Positions 10,989 to 25,371 of a DNA stretch of 64,000 nucleotides are shown in pieces; position 1 is the first letter of the stretch, and each line of letters opens with the position of its first letter. The position numbers and the translations under genes are program-made. The DNA is taken from NCBI GenBank assembly GCA_002104945.1, contig MCFH01000006.1:62001-126000 (forward strand), given 5' to 3'. Source of the stretch: Piromyces finnis finn. Its lineage: Eukaryota > Fungi > Neocallimastigomycota. The notes under the pieces were generated by a model. That model was not told the origin of the DNA, ran no database searches, and saw only the letters and a program-made list of their open reading frames with translations.

Positions 10989-13900
10989 TTATTTATTAAT
11001 AATTTTATCTCTGTATTGTTCAATATTTTCAAATGTCAGTATAACAAGTTCTCTCTTTGTTAATGGTTTCTTGGTAATTGGACATTTATTCTTACAATCT
11101 GGATTATTTAAACATCTTACCCAACTATCATAACTATTTATATAATTTATAGATAGAAATAAATAACGCATATATATTTAGTAATCCATTTAAAACAGAT
11201 TTTCATTTCTTTAAAAAATACTAAAATGAAAAAGTGGAAAAAAAAACACATACCCCATAACATGTCCATAAGGTGAAATGGCTGGCTTTACTACTTCTTC
11301 TAGAGTAATTGGATCAGTGAAACCTGGTAATGGATTTTCATCTTGCTGTTGTTGTTGTTGAATTTCATATTTAGCTCTAGTACGTTTAGTTGTGCCCCAG
11401 GAATGATAAGTACCAGAATCATCATTATCATGTGGATAGAGGTAGTCATCATCAGAATCACTATCATCATAGGTATACTTACTCTTACGCTTACGAGTAC
11501 TGTGACGAACAGAAGTTGATGAAGAACTTGATGATTCCTTACCTCCTAATGCTTCTTCAATATTAATAATCTTTTGTCTGTGAGGGTGACGGTTATGTCT
11601 TCTAATGGTACCAACTTGCCCATCTTTTTTACCGAATAAATAATGCATTTTACCATCATTTGAAATAATATAGTTTGGATCTTTAATTTGTTTACTTTTT
11701 AGTAGATGTCTATAGAAATTAGAACACTAATCATCATAAATAAACAAAAAAAAAAAAAAAATTAATAATTATTATTATGCTGTTATTATTACTACTACCA
11801 TTATTATTACTGCATTGCTATTAATATTATTACTACTACTACTATTTCTACCTATACTATTATTATTATATCATGTGCACTATGGTACATTATATATATA
11901 GCTTTTTTAAAACTTACTTGATATCCAACACGACCTGGAATTGTCATAGAAAAGATACCCCATTGGCCATCAGCACCAACTTCTGCCAATCGATCCATAA
12001 ATAATTTTCTTTCTTCTGGGGTCCAAGCACCATTTCTTTGTTTTTCTCCGGGAGCATTGAATCTATAATAATAGGTATTTGGATTTGCTTCAATCATCTT
12101 ATAGGCTTTTATACGAGCTTCACTCCAACCTTCAAATGCTTTCATTGGATCATCGGATTTTAATTGATTTAAAGCATCATCTAAACGTAATCTTGAATAG
12201 GTATAACAACGACTAATAATAATTACAATAATAAAAATCTTTACATTTTAAAAATTTGCTCAATTCTAAATAATAATTAAATTGACAAATTATATGAATG
12301 AAACTTATTTACGTTTTAGCATCTTGTGAAGTAATCTTTTTAATATAATTCTTTCTTTTGGTAGCTAATTTTTCATAGGCTTCTTTTTGTTCATTACTCA
12401 TATATACTATTTTTTTATTTTTTTAATTTTTTATTTTTTTATGAATTTATATTTATATATATATTTAATATATTTTTTTAAACATATTACTTATTATATT
12501 ACTTATTATTTATTATTAAATATACATTTTTCTTAGAATACCTTCTACTTCTGGAGTAGCATACTTTAATGCTATAAGTCTTCTAATTTTTGGTAAATAT
12601 TCTTGTTGAGTTAAATTTAAAATAACTTGTTCCTTTTTTTTTTAAATAATTAAATTATTATATATTTAAAAATTAGATTATATACAATTTTATTTTATAT
12701 AATATTTATATCTTTTATCCTTTATGAATAACTTACTTCATCTTGGTTACTATCTTCTAATGATGTCTTAACTTCTTCTTCATTTAAGAAATTATATAAA
12801 CCAGTAATCTTATCTAATTTTCTGTAAAAATCTTTCTTTTCGTATTCTTGGAACTTTTTTTTTTATATTTCTTTATTAGTATTTTATTTATAATCAAATT
12901 TATAATATAGTATTTTATTAAAATTTACTTGTAGTTGTTGTAACATAACACGTTTCTGAATAATTAATTTCTCTTCTTCAGTTGGTTCACTATCAAAAAC
13001 TCTTTCCTTTCTAACAGTACTGATGTTTGCTCTAAATATTGTTAAATATATTAAAAATTATTAAATAATAAAAATAATAACAATAAAAAAATTAGAATTA
13101 AAATTAAGAGTAAAATTAAATTTCATTTCATTTTTTTTTTTTTTTAAATTAGAGTATTTAATGTGTCATTATTTAAAAATTCCAGTTTTATATTTTTTAT
13201 GAGTAGTAATTTCAATTTCAATTTCTTTTTTCTCCTCTTTGTATGAATAATTTTAAAATTTTAAATTTATGACATTTTAATTTTTCATATTGAGGAATTT
13301 CAATATTATTATTATTATTATTTTTTTTTTTGAAATCTAAATTTCAATTTTTAATTTCAATTTCATTTTTTTTAATAGTATATATCTTAATTCATATCCT
13401 AAATATTCAAGATGTCATGTTGTAATTTATAAAAATCATATCTTAGATTAAAATTTAATATTTTGTAATACTTTGGAAATTGATGATATTTTAATTTGAA
13501 ATTTCATATTTTGAAAAATTATATCCATGATGAAATTTTAATTTTTAAAGATATGAAATTTCATCATAATTTTTTTTATAATTTTTCTTTATAATTTGAA
13601 ATCTAATTTTTATCTGTAAAATTTATCAATTCTTATTAATTCTTAAATAATCCTTTTTATCTCTTACTCTCGTATCTATTTACTCATAATTTGTTGAAAT
13701 TTCATTAATCCATTAAATCATTAATAGATATCAAATGAATTATAGTTTATATATATATTAATTATAATGAAATTTCATAATTAATTCTTTTCTATATAAT
13801 GTAAATTATTTATTAGAAATGTTTCTTAAACAGTATTACGAATTGATAATTAGTATTTCAATAATACTTTGTTATTGAAAAGTAACTTTTTATAAGTAAA

Positions 13901-14592
13901 GAGAAGCATTAAATAAAAATATATTGATATTCTATTAAATGAACAACGGAAGATAGTTTTTAATTGAAATTTAATTGAATTATGAATTAAAAATTTGTTG
14001 AAATTCATTCAAAATTTTTGATTTAATGGGATATGAAATTTACTGAAATTTATATATCATAAAGAGGATTTAGATTTCGGTAAAAGATTTACTAAAAATG
14101 ATATTAAAATTATTGAATTTCTTTTTGTAATGAATCAATTACAACTTTATATATTCTGAAATTTTTAAATATCAAGTAGTAGTATATATATAAACAAAAT
14201 TATACAACAAAAATATAGAATATCTAAATGAAATCTAATTACAATTCTTCTCTTAATTGACGAATTCTATCACTTTCAGGTCTGTGCTTAACCACAGGAT
14301 TTAATTTTCTTTCATTTTCTTGTTTAATTAATAATTTTTTTATTTTATTAACTGGTCTTTCAGTTACTGGTTTCTTATTTTTTGAAGCAAGTTTATATAC
14401 TTTATCTAAATTTTTCAAAATTATAATATATATAATACGAGCATTTAATAAAATTTCAAATTCATTTAGAAAAATCGATATTTATATTTTTATTTTTCAT
14501 TTAATTGAACATATATGAGAAAACTTACTTGGATAGTTTTCAGGGAAGAATTTTGTGGTTTCAATTTCTTCTTCTTTAGAACTATTTGTCAT
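10989..14592 (-). CDS. Multi-exon protein with a Myb/SANT-like domain and a C-terminal U-box/RING-like domain
   Basis: Exon phases are consistent. Exon 1 14529-14592 (MTNSSKEEEIETTKFFPENYP), exon 2 14243-14405, a 1211-bp intron, then short exons to ...NPNTYYYRFNAPGEKQRNGAWTPEERKLFMDRLAEVGADGQWGIFSMTIPGRVGYQCSNFYRHL (Myb-like) and ...PGFTDPITLEEVVKPAISPYGHVMGYDSWVRCL...CPITKKPL (U-box-like). Confidence 0.85.
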
Positions 14593-14684
14593 TTTTTAAT
14601 ATGTTTTAAATTATCTATTGCATATTTTAAATATTTTAAACATATATTTATACATATTGAAAAAAAAGAAAAGAAAAAGAAAAG

Positions 14685-14731
<47 letters not shown>

Positions 14732-16346
14732 AGTTTTGTATTATTTATTTTATTCATAATAATATCTATATATTATAGAGGATAATTGAAAATATTTAAT
14801 TTCTGTAATAATTTCTAATAATTATAAAAGTATTGAGTTATCGATACGCAATATTATTAATATTATTAATATATTTTATTGTTTAATTTTCTATCTCAAA
14901 TTAAATTATTTAGATTGTTTATTGATTTTTTTTGCAATATATTTGAATTCTAAATCTTTAATACCAATTTATTTCTGTCTTTCTTTCACATGTTAATTCA
15001 TCATATTATAATACTAAAATTTTATGATAAATTGATTCAACTAATTTTTACAATAATAATTTAATTTATCGATTATTATTATAAATTTGTAATATGAATT
15101 TAGATATGAATTTCTTTTTTTAATGTTATTTTTATTTTGCATTTTAGATGCCTACCTTTAGAATAAATTAGGCAATTGAGATAGAAAAGATTTATTTATT
15201 TATTTATTTTTTTTAAAATAAAAACAATGTTTGATAATTATTAAATTTTAAACAAATGAAAAATATAATTTTGAACCAATTTTTTTTTTTTTTTTTTAAT
15301 TATTATTAATTTATATTATTATTAAAGAACGAATGATTACTTTTATTAATTGAATAATAATAATAAAAAAAGTTTTCTATTATATATTCTTATATATTCA
15401 TTTCATTCATTCAATTTTTTTTTTTTTAAATTATAAATTTTAAATATTGAACAAATAATATATTACAAATATAAATAAATATATTGTATAATACATATAT
15501 TATAAATTAAATTAATATATTATAATAAGGAGAAGATTATAAGAGTTGTCCAAAGTTTAAATCTTTATATTATTTTAAAAATTAAGATGAGTAATACTTT
15601 AAAATAAAATTAATAGCATTTAAAGTAGAAAGTTGATGATATAATTTTCTTTATAGGCATATATATATAAAGAAAATTAACTGTCCATTATTTTTTTTTT
15701 TTTTTTTTTGAAAATTTCAATTAAAATTAAGAAAAACCATTATTATAATTTGTGTATATCTATTGTACTTTTAAAAATTTCAAAGTTTGCTAAAAATTTT
15801 GTGGAGACTTTTATCTTTGTCTTTTCTTAACACTTAAAAAAACAATACCTTTTTTTATTTTTATTTTATTTTTATTTTATTATTAGTTTATTTTATATTT
15901 AGATTAGTATAATTTATTATCTTTTTCATTATTTTTTTTTTTTAATTTTTTTTATAAGCTTTATTTAACAATATTATTATTATTATTATTTTTATTAGCT
16001 TTATTAAAAAATATAAAGTTCCAATTTTTTATTATTATATTTTTTTTATTTTTATTAATTATTTGAATTATATATATGTAAATATAAATATATATAAAAA
16101 TTATTTGGTTATTTATCTTGCTTGAATATATAATATATATAAATTAACATTGAAAGATAAAAAATAAAATATGCTATATATTTTTTTTTTTATTTAACTC
16201 ATGATAAATAATACTAATAAAAAAAGAAAAAGTTAAATTTTTTAAAAACATAATAAAAGAAATATGAGTATAATGAAAAAAAAAATTATATAACTATAAT
16301 ATTATGTATATAATTATTAGTGTTATCCTTTTTTTTTCCTGGAAAT

Positions 16347-17913
16347 TTAAACCATTTCGTATTCCTTAATATGTGCTTTCTTTCTTTTATTTATTATAAA
16401 TTTACGAATTTCATCAATAAGTAAAACTTGGGAGGCTAGTATGGTTAAGTGTAATAAGTCATGTAAATTAAGGGCTTCTGTTTGGAAAATTTGTTGTAAG
16501 AATGGTAGATAGACTACAGCAAAAGTACCTAAAAGTGATAATCCAGCTGCCCATATAAAGGCCTGATTACTGAATAGACCAATTTTAAATATTGATTTTG
16601 TTGAAGAACGACATGCCAAACTATTAAAGATATCACAGAAAACAAATCCAGTAAAAGTCTATTATTTTATAAAATTTCGATAAATAACATAGATCATAAT
16701 AATTTATTAATAATTAAGATATTGATAATTATATAAGATATCGATGTTTATAATATATACCATTGTAGTAGTGTATGAAGTAATATTCTTATCTTCATCC
16801 ATACAATGATGGAAGACATGCAAGGTAATAAATAATACAACAGCAGATGACAATAATACTTTATAAATAAACTTTTTATCAATAATAGATTTATTTTTGT
16901 TACGTGGTGGTTTATTCATAATATCTTTATCAACAGTTTCAACACCTAAAGATTGTGCGACAGGACCATCACAAATAATATCTATTAATATGTTTTAAAA
17001 TAGGTTAAAAGAATAATAATTAATATCGTTTAAATGTTTTTTTTTTAAATTATAATAAATTATTTATAATAATTACTAATATATAAAATTTGCATAGCAT
17101 TTAATGGATTTGGTAAATTAAACAAAGTAGATAAGGTAACTAAAGATAATGCAGCAATACAGGTACTGAGTTGGAAACACAAGAAATTTTGAATGTTAAA
17201 GAAAATACCTTTTCCTATTATATACAACAACATTAACAACAATAATAATATTAACATTTAATCAATATGATGTTTAAAGAATAAATATTTTGAAAATTAA
17301 TAATCATTATATGTTTATTAAAATAATAGTATTACCTTCTTCAATAGCGTTACAAATTGTTGCTATTATAATTGTATTTTTTTTTTTTTTTAAAAAAAAA
17401 AAGTAATTATGAATCATTAATTAGTTATTAATTATAATTATATTTTATTCTTAGGTCCTTAATATAATACATACAGAAATCATCATTAACTAAAATCATA
17501 TCAGCAGCTTCTTTTGATACATCTGTACCACCCTTACCCATAGATATACCAATCTGTATATATTAAGTATATTTTTTATTTTATAAATATAATTAAACTT
17601 TTTTTGTAATAAAAACAATAATATATATTTTAATTTCATTGTTAAACTTACATCAGCAAGACGTAATGCAGGAGCATCATTAACACCATCTCCAGTCATA
17701 GCAACAACTAAATCATTAGCTTGAAGAGCTTTGACAATAGCCATTTTATGTTTTGGTGTGGTACGATAGAAAATTGAGATAGTTGGAACTACACGACGAA
17801 GTTCATTTTCAGTTAATTCATCTAATTCTGAACCAGACATATAATAACCAGTACCAACTGAGCTCATAATATTAAGTTTTTGAGCAATAGAAACAGCAGT
17901 ACCCTCTACGTAT

Positions 17914-17954
<41 letters not shown>

Positions 17955-19685
17955 ATTATAATGAATATTATTATTTATGAATATATATAAAAATATTAAT
18001 TTATTATGTTTTTATATTTTTTATTTATAAATATTTTTTATATTGTAAATATTTATTTATTAATAAATATTTCTATATTTCTATATTGCTTATTATGCAA
18101 TATATATATATTTTTTTATCATAATCATAGTTATCATTTAAATAATATAAAACTATTTAATTACCTGAATCACCAGTAATCATAACAACTTTAACGTGAC
18201 TATTTATTACTTTGTTAATGGCATTTCCAACACCAGTTCTTGGTGGATCATACATAGCAATAAAACCAACAAATGCAAGTTCATTGATATTAGTACCAGT
18301 GGCCATAAAAAGAACACGAAGGCCTTGAGAAGCAATTTCTTGGGAAATTTCAGTTACTTTCTTTCTATATTCACTAGTTAATGGTTGTATATTATCTTCA
18401 GAAATATAGTATGAGGTACAACGATCTAAAATAGGTTCCATAGCACCCTTTGCAAAAATTACTTCTTTATCCATTTCAAATTTACAAGTGACTGACATCC
18501 ATTTAGTTTCAAAATTAAAAGCATTTTCAGATATACGTGGATATATTGGTCTTTCATCTCTTATATTTAATAAATTACCAAATTCCAATAAAGCAACTTC
18601 TGTTGGTTGACCTAAATGTTCACCATTTGATATATGTGCATTATTACATAAATTACCAATTCTTGATAAAATTTTAATTGCTGGATGAAAAATGGCTTGT
18701 GGTAAATCTTCATATTTCTTTCCTTCAATATCAATAAGTTCATCTTGAGAAGCAGTGTAAACTTTTGTAACAGTCATTTTATTCATAGTTAAAGTACCTG
18801 TTTTATCTACACAAATAACATTAACAGAACCCAATGATTCTACAGCTGGTAGCTTTTTAATAATAGCATCACGTTTTGCCATTCTTAAAACACCTAAAGC
18901 TAATGTTACAGTAACACAAATTGGAAGACCTTCTGGAATTGCGGCTACTGCTAAACTAACTATAAATTATTAATTAAATACAAAACAATAATAAAAAATA
19001 ACCATTAAATTAATTAAAAAAATAAGCATTTTCACATATCTATAAAATTAATACTAAAAAGAAAACAATAATAGTTGATTACTAAATGAATTTTATTTAA
19101 AAAAAATAACTTACCACCAACATTAAACATTTCTAACCAATCCTTTCCTTGAAGTACACCAATAATAACAATAACTAAAATGATACCAATAGAGAATGCG
19201 GATAGCTGTTTACCTAATTCATCCATTTTTTCTTGAAGTGGTGTCTTTTTAGATTCGACTTCATTAACCATAGTGAAAATGGTACCGAATTCAGTATTTT
19301 TACCAGTACCAATAACTATACCCATACCGTAACCTTTATTAAATAAATAAAAAAAATCATTAAATGTATTAATAAATTAATGTATCTTTTATGGTTTCCG
19401 ATTTGAATATAAAAATTTAATAATAATGAGTTTACAATATAAGCATCAAATAATTACCATTTCTTACAAGAGTACCCATAAATGCAATATTTTTTCTTTC
19501 TGCTAAGTTGATATCTTGAGTTTCTCTTGCAATAACATCAGTATTCTTTAAACATGGTTTAGTTTCACCAGTTAAACTTGATTCATCAATTTCTAAATCA
19601 ACAGCCTTTTTTTTTATTATTGTTTTTAATGGAATAATTGATGATAATATTCATTAATATTATGTTGAGATAATTTGATTTTATG

Positions 19686-19718
<33 letters not shown>

Positions 19719-20818
19719 TCATTACTATTTTTTATGAAAAATGAAATAGTCTGAAATAAAACTTACTGTAGTAATTCTAACATCGGCTGGAATTCTGTCA
19801 CCAATTGAAAAACGAACAATATCACCTGGTACTAAATTGTTACCTAACATTGAAGTTAATTGTCCTTGACTAAAATTTGAATTTTTAATTTATAAAAATA
19901 GGAAAGGAATAATATATCAATAAATAACGGATGATAGATATATTGAAATAATATTCAAATAAAATTTAAAATGTAATGAATCTTTACCGAATGACATGAC
20001 AATAATTTGGTACTAATTGGTTTAAAGCTTCTAATGACTTTTCTGAACGATATTCCTGAACAAAAGCAACTTTTAATTTAATATATATAAAATAAATATT
20101 TATTGATTTAATGATTTTTCTAATTATTTATGTTATAATTATTGATAAATCCGATTCTTATATATAAAAGAACACTAAATTTAGTCTTACCTGTTAACAC
20201 AATAACAATAGCCTAATATTTTAGTGTAATAAATTAATTAAAAATATATTATTATTATTATTATTAGCTAGTTTAATTTTTTATATTATCTATTATTTTT
20301 TTTTATTAAAGAAATAAAAAAAAAAATTAATAATATAAAATGTCAATACTTACTAATAAAATACTAAAGGCATCGCTAAATTGACCCATAAGTAAAGAAA
20401 TACTCGCTGAACCCATAAGAAGCATAATAAGAGGATCTTTAAATTGATCGATAAATTTTGAAATCAAAGTTTCTTCATCCTCTGCTTCTAAAATATTTGG
20501 ACCATTTAATCTTAAACGAAAACTTGCTTCTTGTCCAGAAAGACCTTTTTCAAGGTCAGTATTTTGTTCTGTTAAAACTTGTTCAATTGTTCTTAGTGAA
20601 GCATGTAAAGAAGGTGATACTTTCTTTTCTTTTATTGGATTTATTGGAGTTTTTATGTTGTCATTTTTATTACTACTACTTATACCTGTATTATCGTAAT
20701 AAGCATTATTATTAAAATTATCTGTTCTATTTTGTGAATTATCTAAAGAATTCGATGAAGGAAAAGGGTCAAAAATTGGATTTGAAACAACTGGAACTAA
20801 TGGTATAGTTTCAGTCAT
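16347..20818 (-). CDS. PMR1: Golgi Ca2+/Mn2+-transporting P-type ATPase (type IIA, PMR1/SPCA), multi-exon
   Basis: DKTGTLT phosphorylation motif, TGES actuator, [11 protein letters not shown]4 [10 protein letters not shown], and M6 [15 protein letters not shown] matching the PMR1-type DGPPAQSLGVE. Confidence 0.95.
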
Positions 20819-23800
20819 TGTATGTATATATTATTATTTATTATAAAATATTTTTGATTCTATTAAAGACTATGACAAAATTACAAAATAATGATAATAT
20901 ATAATTAAATAAAATAATCTCTATTTCTTCTTCTATATTGTATATTATGTCTAAATTATATATATTATTTGTTAAAGGTTGGTTTCTTTTCTTTATAGTT
21001 TTGTGGATTATTAATTAATTTATGTAAAATATATAAATAATAAATGTATTAGTAATATAATAATAATAAATAAATAATATAATTAAATTATAGTTATTAC
21101 AATTATAATAACTATAAAAGCAAATATTTAATAAATATATATATTTATATATTTATTTATTTTGTTGTTATTTATCTAATTCGTTTTTTTTCTTTAATTA
21201 TATTCTAATATTAGAATTTCAATTATACATAACAAATTAATATTTTTATTATATTATTTTTTTTCCTTATAGATAAAAAAAATAACCCTTACATTTAAAA
21301 AAAAAAAAAAATGTTTGGATATTTTTCTTATTTGTTGTTTATAAATTGAGTATATGTTTTATTATCAATAGGTAGAATCCAAAATATAAATAATAAATAT
21401 TTTGGTAAATCAATTTATTTAGTTAATATATTAATAATTATTATTAAATGATGATTATTAAAAATGAATATATATTAATAATATTAATGTGAAAAATTAA
21501 TTTTGAAATTTCATTTCGATAATAGACAATAACAACAATAACAAACATATAAATATATACATATATATAAATGCATAAATATATACTTCTCAGGTCAGAT
21601 ATTTACTTTATTTTGATAAATATAATTTTAGAATTGCATTATAAACACATCATAAACACTTATTTTGTTTGATATTTATTTATTTTTAGTTTGACTTATA
21701 TCACTATATTAATATCTATATCTATATATTTCTACTTTTTAAAAATTTTATTATTTTTAAAATGTGTATTTTATAATAATTATATGGTATATATTTCGGT
21801 TATAGCTTTCAATATTTTTTGTTGTTTTTATTTTTTTCTTTATATATATATATATATATTTTTTTTTCTTGAGTTTTTATTTTTTATTATTAAAAAAAAA
21901 AAAAAAAAAGCTTTTATATTTATTATCTATTTTTTTTTTTATAGGTTTTTTTTTTTTTTTTTTGGTTGTTTTTTTGGTATGTTTTTTTTCTAGGTAGTGT
22001 GTATTTTTGTTGTTTTCAAAACAATTTGTAAATATTAAAATAATAAATAAAATATAAAATAAAAAAAAATGGATGATTAAAAATTTATATTATCAAAAAA
22101 ATAAAATTCATTTTCTATATATAAAAAATAACTTTGTGATATATAGTTTAAATTAAAATGGTTTTAAGTAAGTTTACTGTTAATATATTGGAATAATATA
22201 ATACTTTAAAAATAACCAATAAAATTTTAATAAATCAAAGTTGGAATTTTAATAAATAAAAAAATAAAAATCATATTTAATAAAGTTTTAAAAAATTTAG
22301 ATTAATAAAAAAGTAATAATCAAAAAAAAAAAAAAAAAATAATATATATATATATATATAAAGAAAAAATAAAATCAACAAAAATAAAAAAAAAAGTAAT
22401 GGATATTTTATAATAGTATTGAAATACTATTTTAAAGAGATGTATTTATGGTAAAAGAAGGGAAAAAATGTCTTTATACCAATACTTAATATAGATTTAT
22501 TTTTGGTATTCACTATTTTTAAAATTAGGTTTATAGTAATCCTGAACTATTAAATTTTATTAAAATTAAGATTTGAAATAAAAAAAAAAAGGAAAAGTAT
22601 ATAAAACAGGAATTCAATAATTATAACTTATAACCATTTATTTTTTTTTTTTTAAAAAAAAAACAATTATGCTTTTAAATCTGGTTGACTATTTCACATA
22701 GATAAAAGTTTTATTTCTATTCTTCTTTTATTGTTTATATATATATTTAATTTATGATGGTTAATTCATGTTCAATTAAATAATTCTTAAAAAAGGTTGA
22801 ATTCAATATCATACTATTTTAAAATAAATCTTCTAATAACCTTCTTTATAATTACTAATTATAGATATATTTTTTAATTATTGTTTTTTTTATACATCTT
22901 CGAATTTTAAACGATTATTAATTTTACCATTTTATTATTAAATACTTTAAAGGTAGCGTATATAATTTTATAAATAATTATTACATCGACTTATTCTGTA
23001 AAGAAAAAATTAATTATTACATCGGCATTTTTGAATATTAATCTTTTATATTGAATAGCTGAAAGAAAAAGAATAATAATTTATGTAAGAAATGACTTCC
23101 TTAATTTATTTTAATGATGCACCAGCCACATTAATTCATCCCCAAAATTATTTAAAAAAAGAATGATCGAAAAAAATATTAAAAAATTTAAATTTTTTTA
23201 TCAGCCTTAACTTCTTTCGATCATTATTATTTATTATAATTATTGTGTTATTACCTATGTAAAACATACAAGACATCTAATAACAACAAATGATAATAAC
23301 ATGATATTATTATTAATAACAGTATATACTATTCATTATTAGTCATAAAAATAAAAAGTCTTATTATTATAATTTTCATTAAATATTTACTTTTAATTTA
23401 TTTCCAAAATTATATATTTTATTTTTATTTTTATTTTTATTTTTTAATAAAAAGAATAAGGAAATATAGAAAAGATGGTATATTTAATAATAATTAAAAT
23501 TATTAGGATTTCTTTTCTATATCTATCTATTTAACAATAACTTCTATAACTATTCTATTATATTAATTGGTTTAATTTTTCCCTTTATATAAAAATATTT
23601 TATATAATATAGCTGACTTTTTTTTTTTTAAATAAATAAAAAAAAAATTGTTGTTTTTATAGTTTAAATAAAAAGTAATAATAAAGATTTTCTTCTTTTT
23701 CTTTCTCTTTCCATTTCTTTTCTTTCTTTTTTTTTATTTTTTATTTTTGATTCTAATCAATTTATGTATATATTTTATTGTAAAAATAAATAAATAAAAA

Positions 23801-23971
23801 AAAAAAAAGAATTCTAACTCTATATTTGGAAAGGAAATATTAAAGAGAAAGTTTTTTTTTTTTTTTTTTTTGATTTATTTTTATGTAGAGTGAAGTAAAT
23901 TTATTTGGTAGGACTAACGATTAAATATTAAAGTTGAAATTTTGATAAAATGTAAATGGATAACTATAAAT

Positions 23972-25124
23972 TTAATGATAAGAATATAAATTCATATGAA
24001 CAATACTTTCATTAATTGGAATAAGATCTGTTTCTGATATTAAAATTTGATCAACATACATCATGACATATGGCATAGTAACTAATAAAGATCGATAGTA
24101 TTCTAAATACATGGTATTTAAATAACTTTTTATAAAATTTATTTTCGAAGATACAACTAAAAGGAATGTAACAGATGCACATATTGCAACATATTTAACC
24201 TATATAATACAAATTTAGGGGAAAAGTATATAAATTATATAATAGTAATAATAATTGAGAGAAGATTCTATTAATCTTGAGAAACTAAATACTTATACCC
24301 TATTATCTAACATTAATAATATTTATTATATATATAAAACTTACACGTATTCTTGACATTTTTCTATATTTTTTCCATGCTCTATTTTCTTCTATTTCAC
24401 TGTATATATCTTTGTCAAAGAAATCGACTTTCATTGTAAAATAAATAATAATATCATATGTCATTGAAAAGAAACTAATAAATAATTGTATATTCCAATA
24501 ATAACTCCAATACTTATTATAATATTCTGTTCCATTTCTAATTATTTTTTGATATGGAAAAAAAAAATGATAGACAGTAATGCCAATTTTCGACATTGCT
24601 AATATTATATAGGTGATATAAGATAGTACTAAACGAACATTTTTAAAAGGTGATAAAATAAATGGTGTTGTTCTTGATAGTAAATAACTTTATAAGATAA
24701 AATATAATAATATAAAATTATAATAATAATAATAATAATAATAATTAATATGAAATTCATTAATATAATTTATTTTTAAATAATGTTCATATTAAAAATA
24801 ATATAAAAAGAAAACTTACAAATCACCAACAATTTCTCCAGAATACCAAAATACATAAGCTGAAAATTTTATATTCCATAATACTGAACTACTAAAGATT
24901 CGATCGTCGTCATTTAAAATTAAATTTCTAATTTTATCAATTGAATCTCCTATGGCTCTCAAAATATAATGAAGAATTAATATTTTTATGGAACTGGTAT
25001 GAATATTATTTTTATGTAAAACAATCATTATCATAGTGAAATAGAAAAATATTGAGTTAAATGGAGAAAAGATGACTTGAGATATTCCATCTACAAAATA
25101 TATCTTATTTGGATCGTCCTTCAT
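23972..25124 (-). CDS. Orphan multi-pass (about 7 TM) membrane protein, 3 exons
   Basis: Spliced frame: ...FWYSGEIVGD|YLLSRTT...MSRIR|VKYVAICASVTFLLVVSS...TMPYVMMYVDQILI...YSYH*. The last exon is 23972-24199. About seven hydrophobic segments. Confidence 0.8.
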
Positions 25125-25325
25125 ATTTAAAATAGTTTATATACTTGATAAAAATTAAAGAGAGTTAATTTTTATTTATCAATCCTTTTTTTTTTCCTTT
25201 GAAATATAATATCCACAAAATAATAATATTAAAATAAATTTTGTATATTGTTTCTTTTAAATTTCTCTTGCTTTTTTTTTTAATAATTTGAAATTTGAAA
25301 TTTAATTTTTACAGAATTTTTAAAT

Positions 25326-25371
<46 letters not shown>

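Noticed and set aside
18196-18381. Antisense ORFs overlapping real genes (also 20458, 28517, 38266, 38720, 39723, 39878, 44951, 45243, 49903, 52228, 57501, 59221, 59666, 62210)
   Set aside because: Shadow or alternate frames of established coding exons, with no independent support.
23162-23225. 11-bp inverted repeat AATGATCGAAA / TTTCGATCATT
   Set aside because: Isolated, short and not tied to a gene end or element boundary.
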